Of a stretch of 38,999 bases of DNA, positions 37,801 through 38,999 are shown piece by piece. Made by a program: the position numbers and the translations under genes. Source of the DNA: Deltaproteobacteria bacterium (GTDB lineage: Bacteria; Myxococcota; JACRCW01). The DNA lies in the NCBI GenBank assembly GCA_016218805.1, contig JACRCW010000009.1, forward strand, positions 1 to 38,999, written 5' to 3'. Numbering within the stretch: position 1 is the first letter of the stretch; every line of letters begins with the position of its first letter. The notes beneath the pieces are model-generated. The model was not told where the DNA came from. It made no database searches and worked only from the letters and a program-made list of their open reading frames with translations.

Positions 37801-38999
37801 TCCGGCTTGCCGGCAAACCGCGCCACCGCCTCCAGCTCACGCCGCGCGCCCTCGTCGGCAGGGTCGCGCTGCACCTGCGCGCTCAGCAGGTCCACCGCGG
37901 CATCCGGCTGGCGCAGGTCGCGCGCGTACGTCGTCGCCAGGGCCACGGTCAGGTCGCGGCGCTCCTCGGGTTTGTCCGTTGCGTCCAGGCGCGCGCGCAT
38001 CACCCGCGCCAGGCCGCGCGCGTCATTGGCGGCGCGGTAGGCCGGCTCCAGCAGGCGCGCGGCTCCCAGGGCCACCGTGGCGTCCTTGGCGTCCAGCATG
38101 CCCTCCAGCACCGCGCGGGCGCGCGCGTTGCCAATGTCCGCCGTCAGCGCGGCCTCCAGTTGCTCCAGCGCCTTGACGTGCTCGCCCAGGCCCGCCTGCG
38201 CCTCAGCCAGCCGCGCGCGGAACTCCGCCCGCGTGTTCCCGGTGGACACCTGCGCGCGGTCCGCCAGCACGCTGGCCAGCGCCACCGCGTTGCCCAGCTG
38301 CTGGTAGCAGGTGTCCAGCGCATCCAGCGCCTGGTCACGCACGTTGGGCGCCAGCGACGCGCGCAGCGGCTCATACGCCGCCGCCGCGCGCGCGTGGTCC
38401 TTGAGCTCCACCATGCACACCTGGCCCAGCCGCAGCAGCAGGTCGTTGCGCGCCTCTTCGGGCGCCACGCCGGCAGAGGCCTCCAGCGCGTCCGCGGCCA
38501 GCGCCCATTCGCCGCGGCGCGAATGCAGCCGCACCAGCGCATCCCAGCTGGGCAGCAGCTTGGGGTAGTCCGCCACCAGCTGCTTGTGGGCGGTGATCGC
38601 GTCGCCGTCGCGGCCCAGCGCGTCCGCCAGCAACGCCGCGCGCCGGGACAGCAACGCCAGGCGCGCGGGTCCCTCGGGCAGCTGACCCGCCACCTGCTGC
38701 AGCACGTCGCACAGCTCGCCGGGCATCTTCGCCAACGTCGCCAGCCGCTCCACCTCGCGGGCCAGGTCACCGTCATTGGGCTGGTCCGCCAGCGCGGTGG
38801 CCATCACCTTGAAGGCCTCACGCGGGGCGCGCAGCTCCTCCTCCAGCACGCGCGCCGCCTTGCGTGAGATCTCCAGCCGGTCCGCCGCCTTCTCCACGTG
38901 CTGGCGCCGCGCCTCCAGCATCTCCACGTAGCGCCGCCACGCGCCCATGCGCGCGTAGTGCGGCTCCAGCGCCGCGGCGATGCGCGCCACCTGCACGCC
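28887..38999 (-). CDS. Giant TPR-repeat protein (AgmK-like myxobacterial family), 5'-truncated by the window edge
   Basis: Over 3360 open codons of tandem TPR-like repeats (e.g. ALKALERLY, AIVKYTHVLELNP). C-terminus ...RASLLACND...LRELILFLVSEQYAELRGRLGL. The frame stays open to 38999. The family link is from recalled resemblance. Confidence 0.9.
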   Translation of the reverse strand, partial: GVQVARIAAALEPHYARMGAWRRYVEMLEARRQHVEKAADRLEISRKAARVLEEELRAPREAFKVMATALADQPNDGDLAREVERLATLAKMPGELCDVLQQVAGQLPEGPARLALLSRRAALLADALGRDGDAITAHKQLVADYPKLLPSWDALVRLHSRRGEWALAADALEASAGVAPEEARNDLLLRLGQVCMVELKDHARAAAAYEPLRASLAPNVRDQALDALDTCYQQLGNAVALASVLADRAQVSTGNTRAEFRARLAEAQAGLGEHVKALEQLEAALTADIGNARARAVLEGMLDAKDATVALGAARLLEPAYRAANDARGLARVMRARLDATDKPEERRDLTVALATTYARDLRQPDAAVDLLSAQVQRDPADEGARRELEAVARFAGKPERIAETYEAVVAAHPGTVALDFGKRLGAWYDRAGDRDGALRAYGAVLAKSPKDAEALAATVRLRRLSHDARPLAESLEQMADNQSGEVRASSLREAAALWSRVNDTGRALEALRRGLEAAPDDTAALRMMAELHEVREEPGPLADVLMSLSARMQDPERSTLLVRLGRLRLEKLADAAGAIGVLAQVLEGKASDVSLAEGVALLELVARAPGHDGAKATELLTAHYRRSSAPAPLAALLEHRAGMSQSAAERARILDEVGAIYEKELAQREQAFMSVSRAYRDDPTEERRARAEALAGATRAYDAYAGILEDVAEALSARDPVGAAARWREVARVAVEKLSDRALAIRAHREILRLVPGDGEALKALETFHRAGAETDSLVEILKAKAAAATAPADRRAALLQAARLLQDERGDLQGAEAIYKTLLAESADDAGLLELMDALYMRSGQNSALAAILPRRIRLEAVPQARAQLGARLGRLFMDSPGGTLPAFQVLQKAAEDDEKAPEVANALAALLETAKQTNVPPAKDVARVLEKCVRARSDFGALSGVLEARLIGEPDHAQRASVLMELARMQEEIARQPTLAFMAICRAVRESPGDDAVRERAERLAQVTDSQEELAAVYEDVLAQTRDGKLQALLSRRVAAIMETRMKDPEAAINHLRNALLAQPDDIPTLEQMARLLRARGVSPDLLDVLRRLARQQAAVDNLPKAKEAYLELAQAAEQLADVAGAIAAFNDVLQLDPADRAALKALERLYGRAEKAQELAGVLQMQVKLAQGPGEASDTRIRLAEVRRTSLGDPVGAATLLQVAAQEAPGNPRLLGALEATYADLAVRVGNDATQARLGVATLLEPRYEALGDAQKLCSVLEARLDGVTEAAARRALWRRVAGLREGPLRNPELAFAALGRALKETPEDEGLRADVERLAQATGDIETLVGLYLDVLEEERTGAVAILYRRRVATLYESGLSDPARAVEHFRLALDLMGPGPDEAADVRDVRLEILTSLERLHRALREPAALADVLRRRAALETDPRAVRALLMEVSKLQGDTQDTAGSIATLRRLLEINPSDLDALRSLQRACEAQERWQELVDALLREAELCRDQMPDRELDARYRAASILDGELDRPDDALEELGKVLRQKPDHAASRAYLEDRLRTRTTQKDQVAAVLLHAYEAMQEFKRVIDVTEMLVSDAELAGDRDKARSLLMQVAQVYREKLQLSGPAFGALCRALRLDRTSATLRTMLLDLARDQGTVEELAEVYEDEASSADMEGRTPVAATLREAAAELHETELGAPERAMELYEQVLSKVPGRVVPLEALQRLYEKAARWNDFEATVRKRLAVADGPEERAPLLCALGMALGRHLSANEEAAEALEEAGRLQPDNATTRRELIWLYGQIKQHARRADLMLQELHHLERGNDAQAILALRREMAQLYNEHLNRPADALPHVKALREAFPTDRAVFEDLEVLYRRLELWMDLKALYEDEIAREKAGPRVQDLSSRLGGVLTDHLGELNDAIVKYTHVLELNPRDMNALDALRKIYKRAQRWEDLVGVLRRMRRLQTDTAGIKAIQFDLAEVLQAQGKKADAVEAGRRVLDIEPHTDEELVRLYEVFLACEAFEECAGVLERRVGLAQANEHRMALLFDLAELWEGPLARREKGASAYERILQMFPNNVRAHQQLSAAYEVSEDWRKLVGLKEARLPFADVDEKVRLLTEMGALYEQRLGEKPLAFLAACRAFRESPGDHALGEMVERLAVETDSVEEAVAVLEDVVGRVDETHRAIDIYLQMAHLCAEHLKQFQEAEAHLNLIFDLDAQNPGALQALEKLYMALDRWDDVVRVLERKIGSTPEEDLRRALLLKLAAVHEEKRQDPGEAINTYKRLLEFDGRDERAVQALTRLYEETQRWQALIGMFQRALELTQDPQERVNLRYRIAGIQESQLQDPEAAINSYKAVLEEDPGHGLALKALERTYTQAERYPELLGVFERQYTYAIDNEERISLLSKMAVLHEETFGNLPVAIELNERILGIDPDNLAAVRKLELLFKEVQDYNKLILALTRHAEISKDPDERLDLQMQVAEVYYKELNKPDKAEEIYTAVLRKDPSAIRAIHDLGQLYERSGNWFNALEKLAQEAELLRGQPEAVELHFRMGSINAEMLMDTSAARSCYEQALELDAEHVPSLQALKAIHYAAREWEAYLKRLVQEAEAVKDPTEKAELFTAAGAFVQERNNDMDGAVRLYERALGIIPDHLNAAKPLADLEFRREGYERAEELLEIVVDKLDPTKDSKELCRQYYRLGYITEKQGKDQKALKNYQKAYDIDPTYLPALEGLGGSLVRAERWDDAQKIYQTILIHHRESLTDAEVVDYYWKLGDISDKMNQGDRAIRNLDKALEIDSNHLASLKLLADVHQKAQRYEEAYDALLKMAGLAQDDEKVALLMQLGSLSREKLQDAYRAIDAYEDANKLRRDDKEVLTALFNLYRDTKQGPKAVEVLEDLVRIEPDATTRVRLNHQLGEIYRDEIRNEQRAVQYFNAALDLDPTYVRSFESIEKLLTEKKMWRALEENYRAMIQRTPKEQVKIRTVLWTNLAQLYHRVLKDVDNAIMAYTVLCRADPENLELQEALADLMARRPGKEDEAIAQYQLVLPRSNEPGRALHTLARLYLNRRLVDRTLCAVQALRLLKEATDEEASLIAHYQGQLPQRHQKAMTEKLWDALAVHDRAQTPIALVSTILYRLAPGMGLRDARDLGLQKRKDAARVDIDQSLVFSVKQLAGVAAVLGATPFELWQLRGSDMAPTLHPVYPLTMTIGDQNPMFKEMPQKMLWALWGRMLSFMRPAFVLPRVLGPQAFRVLCEAALFVTDTTAKYETDPKELDKIGRNLLRVEGLESALKSVDRKTISRKEPPHLELFYEGMEHTAVRASLLACNDVDTTVQTLKIQDPQSPPVPKNRLRELILFLVSEQYAELRGRLGLAMKAG

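Noticed and set aside
1764..38867. Long antisense or alternate-frame ORFs (e.g. 1764-3236, 8000-9700, 16177-17952, 29661-31811, 34878-37217, and the 5' part of 25025-27862)
   Set aside because: Shadow ORFs expected opposite GC3-rich genes; Arg/His/Ala-rich with no motifs.

Overview
GC-rich bacterial window; gene content (giant TPR protein, Ser/Thr kinase fusion, ccoNO fusion, mtnP-pfkB near rlmN) suggests a Myxococcota-like deltaproteobacterium, by inference. (1) 1-~3740: compositionally foreign island with a coupled pair, an HNH-nuclease/SF2-helicase fusion and a 440-aa unknown protein, ending in a 69-bp hairpin (candidate defence module). (2) 3744-9985: two divergent TPR lipoproteins, rlmN, a poly-Lys membrane protein, mtnP and a PfkB kinase. 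(3) 9993-19984: a cbb3 oxidase locus (ccoI-S-NO-Q-P-G) with divergent DsbD_2, YHS-like and USP genes. (4) 20006-23225: a convergent, tightly coupled four-gene cluster (UreH/NiCoT-like permease, exported protein, His-rich beta-propeller split by three homopolymer frameshifts, TsdA/SoxA-like dihaem cytochrome c), a candidate uncharacterised metal-dependent periplasmic redox system. (5) 23259-38999: rhomboid protease, kinase/degenerate-cyclase fusion, aat, USP, rpiB and the 3' part of a >3300-aa TPR protein. Host genes strongly avoid TCGA, but the island does not. No rRNA, tRNA, CRISPR array or integrase/transposase was recognised. All calls come from reading motifs by eye; no searches were run.
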